Positions 47,679-57,186 of a DNA stretch of 64,000 nt are shown here, in pieces. The DNA is taken from NCBI GenBank assembly GCA_030765235.1, contig JAVCCW010000006.1, positions 1,789-65,788 on the forward strand, given 5' to 3'. The notes beneath the pieces are model-generated. The model searched no databases, had not been told where the DNA came from, and saw nothing but the letters and a program-made list of their open reading frames with translations. This DNA is from Candidatus Gorgyraea atricola (GTDB lineage Bacteria > Omnitrophota > Gorgyraeia > Gorgyraeales > Gorgyraeaceae). Every line of letters begins with the position of its first letter. Within the stretch, counting starts at the first letter, position 1. The translations under genes and the position numbers were made by a program.

Positions 47679-48272
47679 CTATCTCTCTATCCTTACCTCG
47701 TCATTCTTCTTAAATTCTACACCATGCCAATCAGACAGAATAGATGCCGTCGCGCTCGTCTCTTTTATCCTTGAGGCCTCTGCCTTGCCTATGAACTTAC
47801 CATCCCGATAGACCGATAAGATATCTCCTTTTTTAATATCATCGGCCGTCCCCAGATCTATCCTAAAACTATTCTTCCTAAGCGTTCTTGAGATCTTTCC
47901 ATTTTTCTTAACAATGATTTTATCCAGGTCTACACTATTTTTTTCTTTTATAGCCGCTGCGAGGCGCGTTTCTGCGTCATTTCTCAAGTTTTTTTCCTGC
48001 TGTAATTCTCCTGAGATGATCTCTATCTGCTGCTTTTTATTATCTAAGTCTATCTCTAATTTCCTTCTGACATCATTCGCATCAAATAATCTGCTTTGTA
48101 AAATATATGTCTCTTCAAGCGTAGTAATCAGTTTATCCTGCGTAAATATCCTTAACTTTCTCTCCTGCTCTTTAAATATATAAGAAGAGGCGCTCGTAAA
48201 GAGTAAAAAGATAAAAATGCCTGTCCATACTAATCTTGCCTTGACTGCGAATTTTAGATTTTCTCTTTTCAT
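47679..48272 (-). CDS. Membrane-anchored coiled-coil protein with a C-terminal beta domain
   Basis: N-terminal TM, heptad region, IDLG..D.IK.GD.L.VYR.G..IG. Confidence 0.65.
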   Translation of the reverse strand: MKRENLKFAVKARLVWTGIFIFLLFTSASSYIFKEQERKLRIFTQDKLITTLEETYILQSRLFDANDVRRKLEIDLDNKKQQIEIISGELQQEKNLRNDAETRLAAAIKEKNSVDLDKIIVKKNGKISRTLRKNSFRIDLGTADDIKKGDILSVYRDGKFIGKAEASRIKETSATASILSDWHGVEFKKNDEVRIER

Positions 48273-48287
48273 ATCAGCATCTCCTTT

Positions 48288-48782
48288 TTAAAATCTAGAG
48301 ACTATGACAAAAAACATGATTATGGCTATTATCACCTTGACCACTATTGAACCAACCCTGCCTACTACGCCTCCAAACCCGGCCTTAAGAGACTTCACGA
48401 GGTCCTTTTGTATGATCAGCTCTACCAGAAATGCGCCGAGAAAGATCCCGAGGAATGTGCCCAGCAAAAGCCCTATGCCTAACAATGGAGCGCCTACAAC
48501 TGCGCCCACTATACCTCCGACAATAGCGCCAATAACAGCAGCATTTGAAGCGCCAAATTTCTTGCTGCCAATTATTATAAAGAGATATTCCGATACCTCG
48601 CCGCATAGATAGAGCGTCAGAAGTATTATAAGTGCTCTTATATCCAGGATTAAAAAATCAGTAAGGAAGGAATAAAGAATGGCGCCCATAAGTATTATGA
48701 GCGTTCCGAATGTGGTGAAAAAAATGGCTGCAAAACCGATCAAGCCAGATATGACTAAAATTGCAATAGCCAGGATCTCCAT
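48288..48782 (-). CDS. DUF456 membrane protein
   Basis: KKFGAS, G-rich GAIVGGIVG..GIFLGAFL.E. Confidence 0.85.
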   Translation of the reverse strand: MEILAIAILVISGLIGFAAIFFTTFGTLIILMGAILYSFLTDFLILDIRALIILLTLYLCGEVSEYLFIIIGSKKFGASNAAVIGAIVGGIVGAVVGAPLLGIGLLLGTFLGIFLGAFLVELIIQKDLVKSLKAGFGGVVGRVGSIVVKVIIAIIMFFVIVSRF

Positions 48783-48855
48783 AATCGCCCTTCTTTCTAT
48801 TAGGGATATGATACTACTCCAGGGCCATGAAGACAACCTTAAAGATTCTTCTCTT

Positions 48856-49833
48856 TTAACTTACCTTATCCTTCTCATCGTAGATCTCGCCAAAGAGTTC
48901 TTCCAATACATCTTCCATGGAGACAATGCCGATGTTGAGCTTCTCCTTATCCTGCACAATAAAAAGATGTTGGTGATAAGCCTGGAACTTTGTCAAGAGA
49001 TCATCTGCCTTCTCATTTTCATTTACAAAAATGGGGCGCGACATAAAATCTTTTATCCGCGCTTCGTAATTATCTTTTGCGATCTCTCTTAAGAGCACCC
49101 TCTGCTGGCATATGCCTATTATATTCGATACATCTTTGTTATATACAGCGATCCTGCTATATTGAGAATTAAGTATGGAATCCTTTGCCTCTATAAGTTT
49201 TTCCTCGCCAGGCAATGCATAGATCTGGTCTATTGGCTTCATTATGTGTGCTGCCCTCATATCATTGAGCTTAAACACCTTATTGCAAAGCTTTTCCTCA
49301 TCCACCTCTACTGTGCCAGCGTCCCTGCCAAGCCGAAGCATTGCCTTTATCTCTTCCTCAGTTACCTTAGGCACTGTTGATTTTTTTCTGGCCATACCTG
49401 TTGCCACTATCAATGTCTGTATGAGTGGGCTCAAGACCCAGATAGTACCTCTTAGAATCTTTGCGGTTGAAAGAGAGACCCTGACTTTATAATATTCGCC
49501 TATGGTCTTGGGTATGACTTCTGATATGACAATAATCAAAAATGTAAGAACTGCCGAGATTACAGCAAGCCACTCATTGCCAAAGATCTTTAATGCCCCA
49601 CGGCCCACGAATATCGCGCCCACGATGTTCACTGAATTATTCAATACAACAATGGTCGCGATCGCAATATGGATATTCTCTTTTATAAAAAGAAGGTCTT
49701 TCGAGCCCTTGCGTTTTTTATCAAATAAGATCCTGGCCTTTACAAGCGGCAGGCTCAAGATCGCTGCCTCTACCATAGAGCAAAGACCTGATGCAAAAAG
49801 TATGCCTATAATTAAAATGATGAGTTTCAACAT
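48856..49833 (-). CDS. CNNM/DUF21-CBS domain protein
   Basis: S..EAA, EVIPK, YSRI.VY, MEDVLEELFGEI.DE. Confidence 0.9.
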   Translation of the reverse strand: MLKLIILIIGILFASGLCSMVEAAILSLPLVKARILFDKKRKGSKDLLFIKENIHIAIATIVVLNNSVNIVGAIFVGRGALKIFGNEWLAVISAVLTFLIIVISEVIPKTIGEYYKVRVSLSTAKILRGTIWVLSPLIQTLIVATGMARKKSTVPKVTEEEIKAMLRLGRDAGTVEVDEEKLCNKVFKLNDMRAAHIMKPIDQIYALPGEEKLIEAKDSILNSQYSRIAVYNKDVSNIIGICQQRVLLREIAKDNYEARIKDFMSRPIFVNENEKADDLLTKFQAYHQHLFIVQDKEKLNIGIVSMEDVLEELFGEIYDEKDKVS

Positions 49834-50399
49834 ATTGCCTTTAGAATATCAGCGCCTATTTTTTCAAACAACTCTTTCAACTTTGCCATTGGCAGGCCCA
49901 GGACATTAAAATATGATCCTTTAATGTCGTCAAATATAAATGAGCCTACGCCCTCTATTGAAAAACCTCCTGCCTTGTCATATGGTCCGAGTAATTTGAA
50001 AAATCTTGAGATCTCAGCTGGCCGAATCTTTTTCACTGTTACCTTTGATCTTTCATAACCAGAGATCATCTTTTTTCTTTTAGAATCAATAACGCAAAGC
50101 CCAGTGTATACGGAAATAGTCTTGCCTGACATTGCCTTTAGCATGCTTTTTGCATGAGCGGCATTGTGCGGCTTACCTATGATCTTCTTGCCCAGTAGTA
50201 CAACTGTATCCGCGCCTATTATATAACCTGATTTTTTTATGCTTTGCGCTTTTAGGCAGGCATTTTTTATTGCAATAGCACTCGGGAGCTTCCCTTTCAT
50301 ACTTTCCCTGGCTGAGCTCACAATAACCCTGTGCCTTATCCTACATGAGGAAAGTATTGCTGACCGCCTTTTAGATTTCGACGCTAAGATAATATCCAT
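49827..50399 (-). CDS. maf: Maf nucleoside-triphosphate pyrophosphatase
   Basis: ILASKS.RR, GADTVV, GKP, DKAGG..I.G, NVLGLP. Confidence 0.93.
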   Translation of the reverse strand: MDIILASKSKRRSAILSSCRIRHRVIVSSARESMKGKLPSAIAIKNACLKAQSIKKSGYIIGADTVVLLGKKIIGKPHNAAHAKSMLKAMSGKTISVYTGLCVIDSKRKKMISGYERSKVTVKKIRPAEISRFFKLLGPYDKAGGFSIEGVGSFIFDDIKGSYFNVLGLPMAKLKELFEKIGADILKAIC

Positions 50400-50403
50400 A
50401 TAA

Positions 50404-51159
50404 TTAGAAAATATAGCCGATAAGTTTATATATAAGCTTGGCTGCTGTGAAGTCTGGGGCTATCATGTCTTTTATTGGAGAAAGTTCGACTACATCAATG
50501 CCTACTATATTTTTATCTTTTACAATACTGCGGATGTCCTTTAGGAATTCATGCCAGAGCATGCCGCCTGGTTCTGGATTGCCTACAGATGGCATGATCG
50601 ATGGATCCAGCACATCAAGGTCTATGCTTATATAGACATTATTGGAAAGGCTGCCTTTTAATTTAAAATCATGCTCCTCTTTACTTAAGCTTCTCACGCC
50701 TTTCTCGACAACTGGCGCTATCTCTGTAAGCCGCCTTGCAACACAGGCATGGCTATACTTATTGCCCTCGTAAGAATCTCTTAAATCAGCATGCGCATCA
50801 AAATATAAGACTGATAGATCGCTATATTTTTTCTTTGCTGCTCTTACTGCGCCTATAGTAACTGTATGCTCCCCGCCTATTACAACAGGGAATTTATTCT
50901 GTGTAAAGAGCTCTGAAACCTTTTTCTCTACTTCATTGATCATTGCCTCTGGCTTCAGGCCTTCTACTTTAAGCGGATCCATGGCACTAATGCCAATGGT
51001 ATGCGTTTCTTTATCTAATTCATCATCAAAAAGTTCCAGATTATCTAATGCGCTAAGTATGGCAGCTGGCCCCTTTTCTGTTCCTTTTCTGTAACTTACA
51101 GTCTTGCCATACGGAACAGGTAAAAGCGCGACCTTTGATTTTTCAAATGATGACAGCAT
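50404..51159 (-). CDS. speB: Agmatinase (ureohydrolase)
   Basis: GGEHT, DAHADL, SHAC, DLDVLDP....G.PEPGG, DVVE..P. Confidence 0.9.
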   Translation of the reverse strand: MLSSFEKSKVALLPVPYGKTVSYRKGTEKGPAAILSALDNLELFDDELDKETHTIGISAMDPLKVEGLKPEAMINEVEKKVSELFTQNKFPVVIGGEHTVTIGAVRAAKKKYSDLSVLYFDAHADLRDSYEGNKYSHACVARRLTEIAPVVEKGVRSLSKEEHDFKLKGSLSNNVYISIDLDVLDPSIMPSVGNPEPGGMLWHEFLKDIRSIVKDKNIVGIDVVELSPIKDMIAPDFTAAKLIYKLIGYIF

Positions 51160-51161
51160 CT

Positions 51162-52130
51162 CTATTTACTCTCCAACACATACTGAAATATAAGCGGCGC
51201 AACAATACTCGCGTCTGACTCTATCACAAACTTGGGTGTATCAATGCCTAATTTTTCCCAGGTAATCTTTTCATTCGGCACTGCGCCGCTGTATGAGCCG
51301 TACGACGTAGTACTGTCGCTGATCTGGCAAAAATATCCCCAGATCTTGCACTCTGTCCCAAGGTCCTGCCTTATTAGGGGCACTACACATATTGAAAAAT
51401 CTCCTGCAATGCCTCCGCCTATCTGGAAAAATCCAATTGAATGGTTTCTTGTATTTTCCAAATACCAATCAATCAAAAAATTCATCTGCTCCAGGCCGCT
51501 TTTTATAAAATCTAGATTCTTAAACCTGCCAGCCTTGTATTCCGCGACTACGCCATTTGCCAGAGTAGAATCCTCCCACCCAGGAGTAAAAATAGGTATA
51601 TCTTTTTCGCACGCGGCAACCACCCAGCTATCTTTTGGATCGATCTCATAAAATTCTTCCAACTCTCCGCTGCGTATAAGCTCATAAAAATACTCGAATG
51701 GAAATAGCCGCGCGCCCTGCTTATGCGCCTCCTCCCATATAGGATAGAGCTTACTGGCTAATCTGCGTATTGCCTCTTCTTCTGGAATACAAGTATCAGT
51801 GACTCTATTAAGGTGTTTGTTCCTGAGTTCCAGTTCCTCTTGCGGTGTGAGTTCTCTATAATTAGGTATTCTTTTGTAATGGGAATGTGCGACCAGGTTA
51901 AAAAGATCCTCTTCAAGATTCGCTGCAGTGCAGGATATACCATGGATCTTATCCTGCCTTATCATCTCAGCCAGAGTTATGCCTATCTCGCCTGTACTCA
52001 AGGCTCCTGCCATGGCAAGAAACATCTTATTGCCGTTTTTGACATAGTCTACCCAGCCCTGAGCAGCATCCACTATAACAGCTGCATTAAAATGCCTAAA
52101 ATTCTTCTCAATAAATTCTTTAATACTCAT
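51162..52130 (-). CDS. Deoxyhypusine synthase-family protein
   Basis: AGA.ST.E.G, ANLEED, NRVTD, GGGIAGDF, DST..YGSYSGA.PNEKITW.K. Confidence 0.9.
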   Translation of the reverse strand: MSIKEFIEKNFRHFNAAVIVDAAQGWVDYVKNGNKMFLAMAGALSTGEIGITLAEMIRQDKIHGISCTAANLEEDLFNLVAHSHYKRIPNYRELTPQEELELRNKHLNRVTDTCIPEEEAIRRLASKLYPIWEEAHKQGARLFPFEYFYELIRSGELEEFYEIDPKDSWVVAACEKDIPIFTPGWEDSTLANGVVAEYKAGRFKNLDFIKSGLEQMNFLIDWYLENTRNHSIGFFQIGGGIAGDFSICVVPLIRQDLGTECKIWGYFCQISDSTTSYGSYSGAVPNEKITWEKLGIDTPKFVIESDASIVAPLIFQYVLESK

Positions 52131-52137
52131 ATCGATC

Positions 52138-53784
52138 TTAGTATAACACCCTGTTTTTGGATAAACAAGGTAAAAAAAGTATAGTGCCTACATCATATAA
52201 TGGGCCATTGTATAGCTCTATGATGCCTTTTCCTGATTTTCTTATAAAATCACGGATCGACTTATTCTCGAGCTTGCCTACAAAAAATACTACCTTATCA
52301 GTCACGCCAGATGAACCGCCTATAAAACCTGTTTTATAACCTGGTAATTTTACATGGCCAGATTTTACGAATAAGGAGTTTTTCCAAAGCTCTTTAATGC
52401 CTTTGTCTGAGGTAATAATGCGATCTTTATCAACTGGTACAATCGAACACTTTGCGTAACCCTGGTTTACTAAGACATGCTTGGCTTTTAAGCTTTTAAT
52501 ATTCTTCTCGATCTTTCCTTTATAATGGATTATATGGTAATTTATGCTACAGGCATTGTAGATTATGTCTTTTGGATATTTTGAAAACGTAATCGGCTCG
52601 CCTTTTATGCAGTTATAGCCATTTTGCCTTAAGAGTCCTGCAATCTTTTCCAAACTCGGCTCGTAAATGATCTTATTGCCATGTTTAAAAAGCATCATAT
52701 CCACATGGCCAGCTACTGGCTTTGCAAGTTTTTTATGCAAAGGGACTTCAGCGACATGGAAATTTAATCTTTTTAACTTATCTTTAGCTTTTCTAGGCAT
52801 TTTCGGATCTATAATGGCTATATTTCTCCTTGCATCCCTTATCTTCCCCCATCCTCCCTTATCTTCCCTTATCACAATCTTCACACTAAAATACTTCTCT
52901 AAAAATTTCTTCTCCGTTCCTTTATGCCCTGAGACAAGACTAAACATATTTTCTGGAACATGGATCTCTATACAAGACCGATTCGCAACGAATCTATCCT
53001 TAACTGCTCGAATTATCCTATTCCGCATCTGTCTTGCCCTTACCATCTCGCCAAATGCTGGATGATATGGTCCTGCGAGCATGGTCTTTTTTGAGCCAAG
53101 ATCTTTTGAAGGATGTAGACCTATGCGTATGACCTTTACGCCTCCAGATTCAAATATATCAGCGACTTTAGCTGCCTGGTCAATTGCCTTCTCCAATGTA
53201 AGAGGCTTGTACTTCATTTTAGCGAGCTCTGTGCCCTTTATAACAAGTGTGGGATAGATGCGCGCGGTTTCAGGTTTTAACTTAGTAAGTTTCTTAGCAG
53301 TTTCTATGGATTTTTCAAGCGTATCCCCTGGCAAACCCAGCATTACCTGCACGCCTAACTTAAGTCCTGCCTTCTTAATGCATTTGACTGCGTTTCGAAC
53401 ATCGCCCTCTCGTTTTATCTTTTTTAAAACGCCTTTATCCAGCGACTGTATTCCTAATTCAACTATTCTCCCGCCTTTTTTCTTAAACATCTTCATTGCC
53501 TTTAAACTAATTGATGCAGGATGCGTGGACATACGAAGAGTATGAGGCTTAGCAGCGTCGAGGTAGCGTTCTTGAACCCTCTCAGGCAAAAACGTAAACG
53601 TGCCACCAAAAAATGCCACCTCTACATCTTCTTCTTTAGGAATAGTCTTGAGATTCCGCTTGATTATAGATTTGACTTCTTCAGCGGTAGGCATCCTAAC
53701 AACCCCAGAAATCCTATGCTGGTCACAATATACGCACTTATACGGACACCCTGCGTGAGGAATAAAGATAGGAATGATTTTCAT
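52138..53784 (-). CDS. Elp3-like radical SAM domain fused to a DUF6873/GME-fold-like domain
   Basis: IPIFIPHAGCPYKCVYCDQ, FFGGTFT, ELGIQS, RIYPTLV, AGPYHPAFGE; C-terminal GHVDM, YP.DI.YN, QGYAKCS, ITSD.GI, LPGY.GFIGG. Confidence 0.8.
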   Translation of the reverse strand: MKIIPIFIPHAGCPYKCVYCDQHRISGVVRMPTAEEVKSIIKRNLKTIPKEEDVEVAFFGGTFTFLPERVQERYLDAAKPHTLRMSTHPASISLKAMKMFKKKGGRIVELGIQSLDKGVLKKIKREGDVRNAVKCIKKAGLKLGVQVMLGLPGDTLEKSIETAKKLTKLKPETARIYPTLVIKGTELAKMKYKPLTLEKAIDQAAKVADIFESGGVKVIRIGLHPSKDLGSKKTMLAGPYHPAFGEMVRARQMRNRIIRAVKDRFVANRSCIEIHVPENMFSLVSGHKGTEKKFLEKYFSVKIVIREDKGGWGKIRDARRNIAIIDPKMPRKAKDKLKRLNFHVAEVPLHKKLAKPVAGHVDMMLFKHGNKIIYEPSLEKIAGLLRQNGYNCIKGEPITFSKYPKDIIYNACSINYHIIHYKGKIEKNIKSLKAKHVLVNQGYAKCSIVPVDKDRIITSDKGIKELWKNSLFVKSGHVKLPGYKTGFIGGSSGVTDKVVFFVGKLENKSIRDFIRKSGKGIIELYNGPLYDVGTILFLPCLSKNRVLY

Positions 53785-53789
53785 CGAGG

Positions 53790-54047
53790 CTATTTTTTAT
53801 TATGGAATAAAATGGTAACTAGAAGTACTATGCTGAACATGGAAAGATTAGCTATGGCAAATACTTTCCAGACTAAAAAATCACTCTTTAGTCCGGATGG
53901 AAACATTGCTAAAAGGCATGCCCATATTCCTATGGCCCAGGCGATGCTAATGTCTTTTGAGGAGCGCCGTTTTATTATGCGCATAATAAGCGGGATGTTC
54001 CAGAGAGGCATAACTATTGAGGCGATTAAGGCAATTTTATCTATCAT
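53790..54047 (-). CDS. PQ-loop/SemiSWEET-like small transporter
   Basis: Three TM segments, IP...RII.R.SSKDIS. Confidence 0.75.
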   Translation of the reverse strand: MIDKIALIASIVMPLWNIPLIMRIIKRRSSKDISIAWAIGIWACLLAMFPSGLKSDFLVWKVFAIANLSMFSIVLLVTILFHNKK

Positions 54048-55021
54048 TATGCCTTTCCAGCACTGCCTAGTACGTGTTCGTTTTTGTGCTTGTACATCTT
54101 TACTAATTCTGTGCGCGCGGGACCGAGGTATTTGCGCGGGTCGAATTCCTTTGGAGAATTAACAAAGACTTCCCGTATCTTTGCTGTTACTACAAGACGG
54201 CCGTCAGTGTCTATGTTAATCTTGCACACTGCTGACTGTGTAGCCTTTCTAAGCTGATCTTCAGGCACGCCTGCAGTTTGTTCGAGTTTTCCACCATATT
54301 TATTTATAAGGTCTACGTACTCCTTAGGTACAGAGCTTGAACCATGCAGGACTATAGAAAATCCCGGTATTATTTTTTCGATTTCTTCTAATATGTCAAA
54401 TCTTAAAGGCGGGACACTTTCGCCAGGCTTAAGCTTGAATTTATACGCACCGTGCGAAGTGCCTATGGAAATAGCAAGAGAGTCCACGCCTGTTTTTTTA
54501 ACAAATTCCTGCACCTCTTCCGGGTGCGTGTAGTGCGATTTTTCATGGCTCACTTCATCTTCTATGCCAGCCAAGACCCCAAGCTCGCCCTCGACTGTAA
54601 CATCATGCTTGTGAGCATAATCTACCACTTTCTTGGTAAGGGCTGCGTTTTCCTCAAAGGGCTTACTTGAACCATCTATCATGACTGATGAAAAACCTGA
54701 CTCTATACACGAAACGCATAGCTCATACGTATCGCCATGATCCAAATGAAGCGCAACAGGTATATTAGAGCCAGCGTCCTTTATTATCTCCATGGCCCCC
54801 ATTGCCATATGCCGCAATAGGATCTGATTCGCGTATTTTCTCGCGCCTGAGGAAACCTGCAAAATCACAGGAGACTTTGATTCGATGCACGCAGTAATTA
54901 TGGCCTGAAGCTGCTCCATATTGTTGAAATTATACGCTGGAATAGCATACTTCCCAGCCATTGCCTTCTTAAACATCTCTCTTGTATTAACTAGTCCTAA
55001 TTCCTTATACGAAGTCGCCAT
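54047..55021 (-). CDS. fba: Class II fructose-bisphosphate aldolase
   Basis: AYNFNNMEQ, HLDHG, SVMIDGS, EGELG, GTSHG, LHGSS, KINIDTD. Confidence 0.95.
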   Translation of the reverse strand: MATSYKELGLVNTREMFKKAMAGKYAIPAYNFNNMEQLQAIITACIESKSPVILQVSSGARKYANQILLRHMAMGAMEIIKDAGSNIPVALHLDHGDTYELCVSCIESGFSSVMIDGSSKPFEENAALTKKVVDYAHKHDVTVEGELGVLAGIEDEVSHEKSHYTHPEEVQEFVKKTGVDSLAISIGTSHGAYKFKLKPGESVPPLRFDILEEIEKIIPGFSIVLHGSSSVPKEYVDLINKYGGKLEQTAGVPEDQLRKATQSAVCKINIDTDGRLVVTAKIREVFVNSPKEFDPRKYLGPARTELVKMYKHKNEHVLGSAGKA

Positions 55022-55066
55022 TTCGTTCCCCCTTTTATTCGAAAACGTATTATAACATCTAATCTA

Positions 55067-56083
55067 TTATTGTAAACTCTTTTCAGTAAATTTGATGATG
55101 TCATTCATCATCCTTACTGATTCCACAGGATGCCTGCCCACGGCTGTCTCAGCCGAGAGCATGACAAAATCCGTGCCGTCCATTATCGCATTTGCCACAT
55201 CAGCCACCTCTGCCCTTGTAGGCCGCAGATGCTCGGTCATGCTCTCCAGCATCTGAGTAGCAGTTATGACGAATTTTTTCTTTTTATTGCATTTTTTAAT
55301 AATCTTCTTCTGAATTACAGGAACTTCATATATCGGCACTGAAACCCCCATATCGCCCCGCGCTATCATTATGCCGTCTGAGACATCAATGATCTCGTCG
55401 ACGTTCCTGATCCCTTCGCGGTTCTCGATCTTTGCAATAATCTTACATGAAGGCAATGCGTGCCTGACTCTCTTTTTAACCTCCAGAATATCTTTTTTAG
55501 TCCTTACAAAAGACTGCGCAATATAATCAACGCCCGATTCTATTCCAAAATCAATATCTTTTTTGTCCTTTTCGCTTATCTTTGGAAAAGCCAGTCTGGC
55601 TCCTGGCATGTTTATACCTTTATGCTCCTTTAATATGCCTCCGATAACAACCTCTGTCTTGATCCTTCTGCCCTCAACAGCCTTTATCTTAAGGATAATT
55701 GTACCATCATCAATATATATAGACTCGGCTCCTTTAATGCCATTTAACGGGCCGCTATAATCAAGCGGGATCACATTATCATGTTCATGAACGTCTTTTT
55801 GGGAAAACCATATGATCTGTCTCTTTTTAATGATCACCGGCCTATGGGCCTTTAATCTCCCAATCCTTATTCTTGGCCCTTCAAGATCTTGCAATATCTT
55901 AACGTGACGCCTGTATTTTTTATTTACCCTTCTAACGAGATTAACGCAGATCAAATGACTCTGCGAATTACCATGTGAAAAATTAAGACGCACCACATCC
56001 ATACCACCAAGCATCATTTTCCTCATCACAGTCTCGCTCGAACTGGAAGGCCCGAGAGTACAGATTATTTTTGTCTTTACCAT
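55067..56083 (-). CDS. pyk: Pyruvate kinase (lacks the C-terminal domain)
   Basis: [46 protein letters not shown]. Confidence 0.93.
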   Translation of the reverse strand: MVKTKIICTLGPSSSSETVMRKMMLGGMDVVRLNFSHGNSQSHLICVNLVRRVNKKYRRHVKILQDLEGPRIRIGRLKAHRPVIIKKRQIIWFSQKDVHEHDNVIPLDYSGPLNGIKGAESIYIDDGTIILKIKAVEGRRIKTEVVIGGILKEHKGINMPGARLAFPKISEKDKKDIDFGIESGVDYIAQSFVRTKKDILEVKKRVRHALPSCKIIAKIENREGIRNVDEIIDVSDGIMIARGDMGVSVPIYEVPVIQKKIIKKCNKKKKFVITATQMLESMTEHLRPTRAEVADVANAIMDGTDFVMLSAETAVGRHPVESVRMMNDIIKFTEKSLQ

Positions 56084-56129
56084 TATTTCCTTTATTTTCT
56101 TCTTTGTCTATGTTATTATATATTATACT

Positions 56130-57173
56130 ATGAAAACAGAAAAGTCCAAAACAAAAGGAAAGTCATATTATAGGAAACTCAAGGAAAGGTTCATTCTGGA
56201 AAAACAGCTCTTCCAGAATCTTCTAGATAACCTCCCTGATGCTATCTATTTTAAGGACACTGAAAATAAGCTGGTAAGGGTAAACCGTTTTTATGCAAAC
56301 GGCTTTAAGATGGCTCCTGAGGAGATAATAGGCAAGACCGACTTTGACTTCTTCCCAAAGGACCAGGCCCAAAAGATGTTTGACGATGATATGCACGTCT
56401 TAAAAACCGGCAATCCCATAATAGGTAAGATCGAAAGAACACTTCTCCCAAATGGAACATATAACTGCGTAACAACCACCAAAATACCTATCCGAAATAA
56501 AAAAAATGAGATCATCGGGACAATGGGCATAACCCGCGACATAACTGAATATGATCAGACAGAAAAAAGCAGGCTTGATATGGTGATGAGCTCCTTAAAA
56601 GTCCTGGATAGGGTTTTAGAGGCAAAAGACCCTTATACCTTTGGACACACTCGCCGCGTATCAATGATAGCAGAAAAGATTGCCCAGACACTGGGATGGG
56701 ATGAAAATAGGGTATTGGAACTAAGATTATCTGCTGAGCTGCATGATATAGGAAAGATCCTGATCCCTCTAGAGATATTAAATAAACCCGGCAAACTTTC
56801 TAGCCTGGAACTCAAGATGATCCAAGAGCATGTTGAAAAGTGCTATTTTATGCTTAAGGCCCACACATTCCCTTTCCCCTTACCAGAGGCCATATATCAG
56901 CATCATGAAAGGCTTGATGGAGGAGGGTATCCGCGCGGATTATCAGGAGAAAAGATCATCCCCGAGGCAAGGATCCTGGCCATCGCTGACGTGCTTGAGG
57001 CCATGACATTCCACAGGCCATATAGGGCTGCGTTGGGAATAAAAAAGGCGATGAAAGAATTAAAAGATAACTCCGGCTCTAAATATGATGCCGATATAGT
57101 AAATACCGCGATGAAGATCTTGGAAGAAAATAACTACGAGCCCTTCTGGCTAAGCCAAGAAACTGCATATTAA
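56130..57173 (+). CDS. PAS-HD-GYP cyclic-dinucleotide phosphodiesterase
   Basis: PAS (IYFKD..GKTDFDFF..GITRDIT), LHDIGK, HHERLDG.GYP. Confidence 0.92.
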   Translation: MKTEKSKTKGKSYYRKLKERFILEKQLFQNLLDNLPDAIYFKDTENKLVRVNRFYANGFKMAPEEIIGKTDFDFFPKDQAQKMFDDDMHVLKTGNPIIGKIERTLLPNGTYNCVTTTKIPIRNKKNEIIGTMGITRDITEYDQTEKSRLDMVMSSLKVLDRVLEAKDPYTFGHTRRVSMIAEKIAQTLGWDENRVLELRLSAELHDIGKILIPLEILNKPGKLSSLELKMIQEHVEKCYFMLKAHTFPFPLPEAIYQHHERLDGGGYPRGLSGEKIIPEARILAIADVLEAMTFHRPYRAALGIKKAMKELKDNSGSKYDADIVNTAMKILEENNYEPFWLSQETAY

Positions 57174-57186
57174 TCCTACCTTAAAA

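Noticed and set aside
51162-52130. DHS as evidence of eIF5A-like hypusination
   Set aside because: Adjacency to agmatinase fits known bacterial homospermidine synthesis better, and no efp gene is in the window
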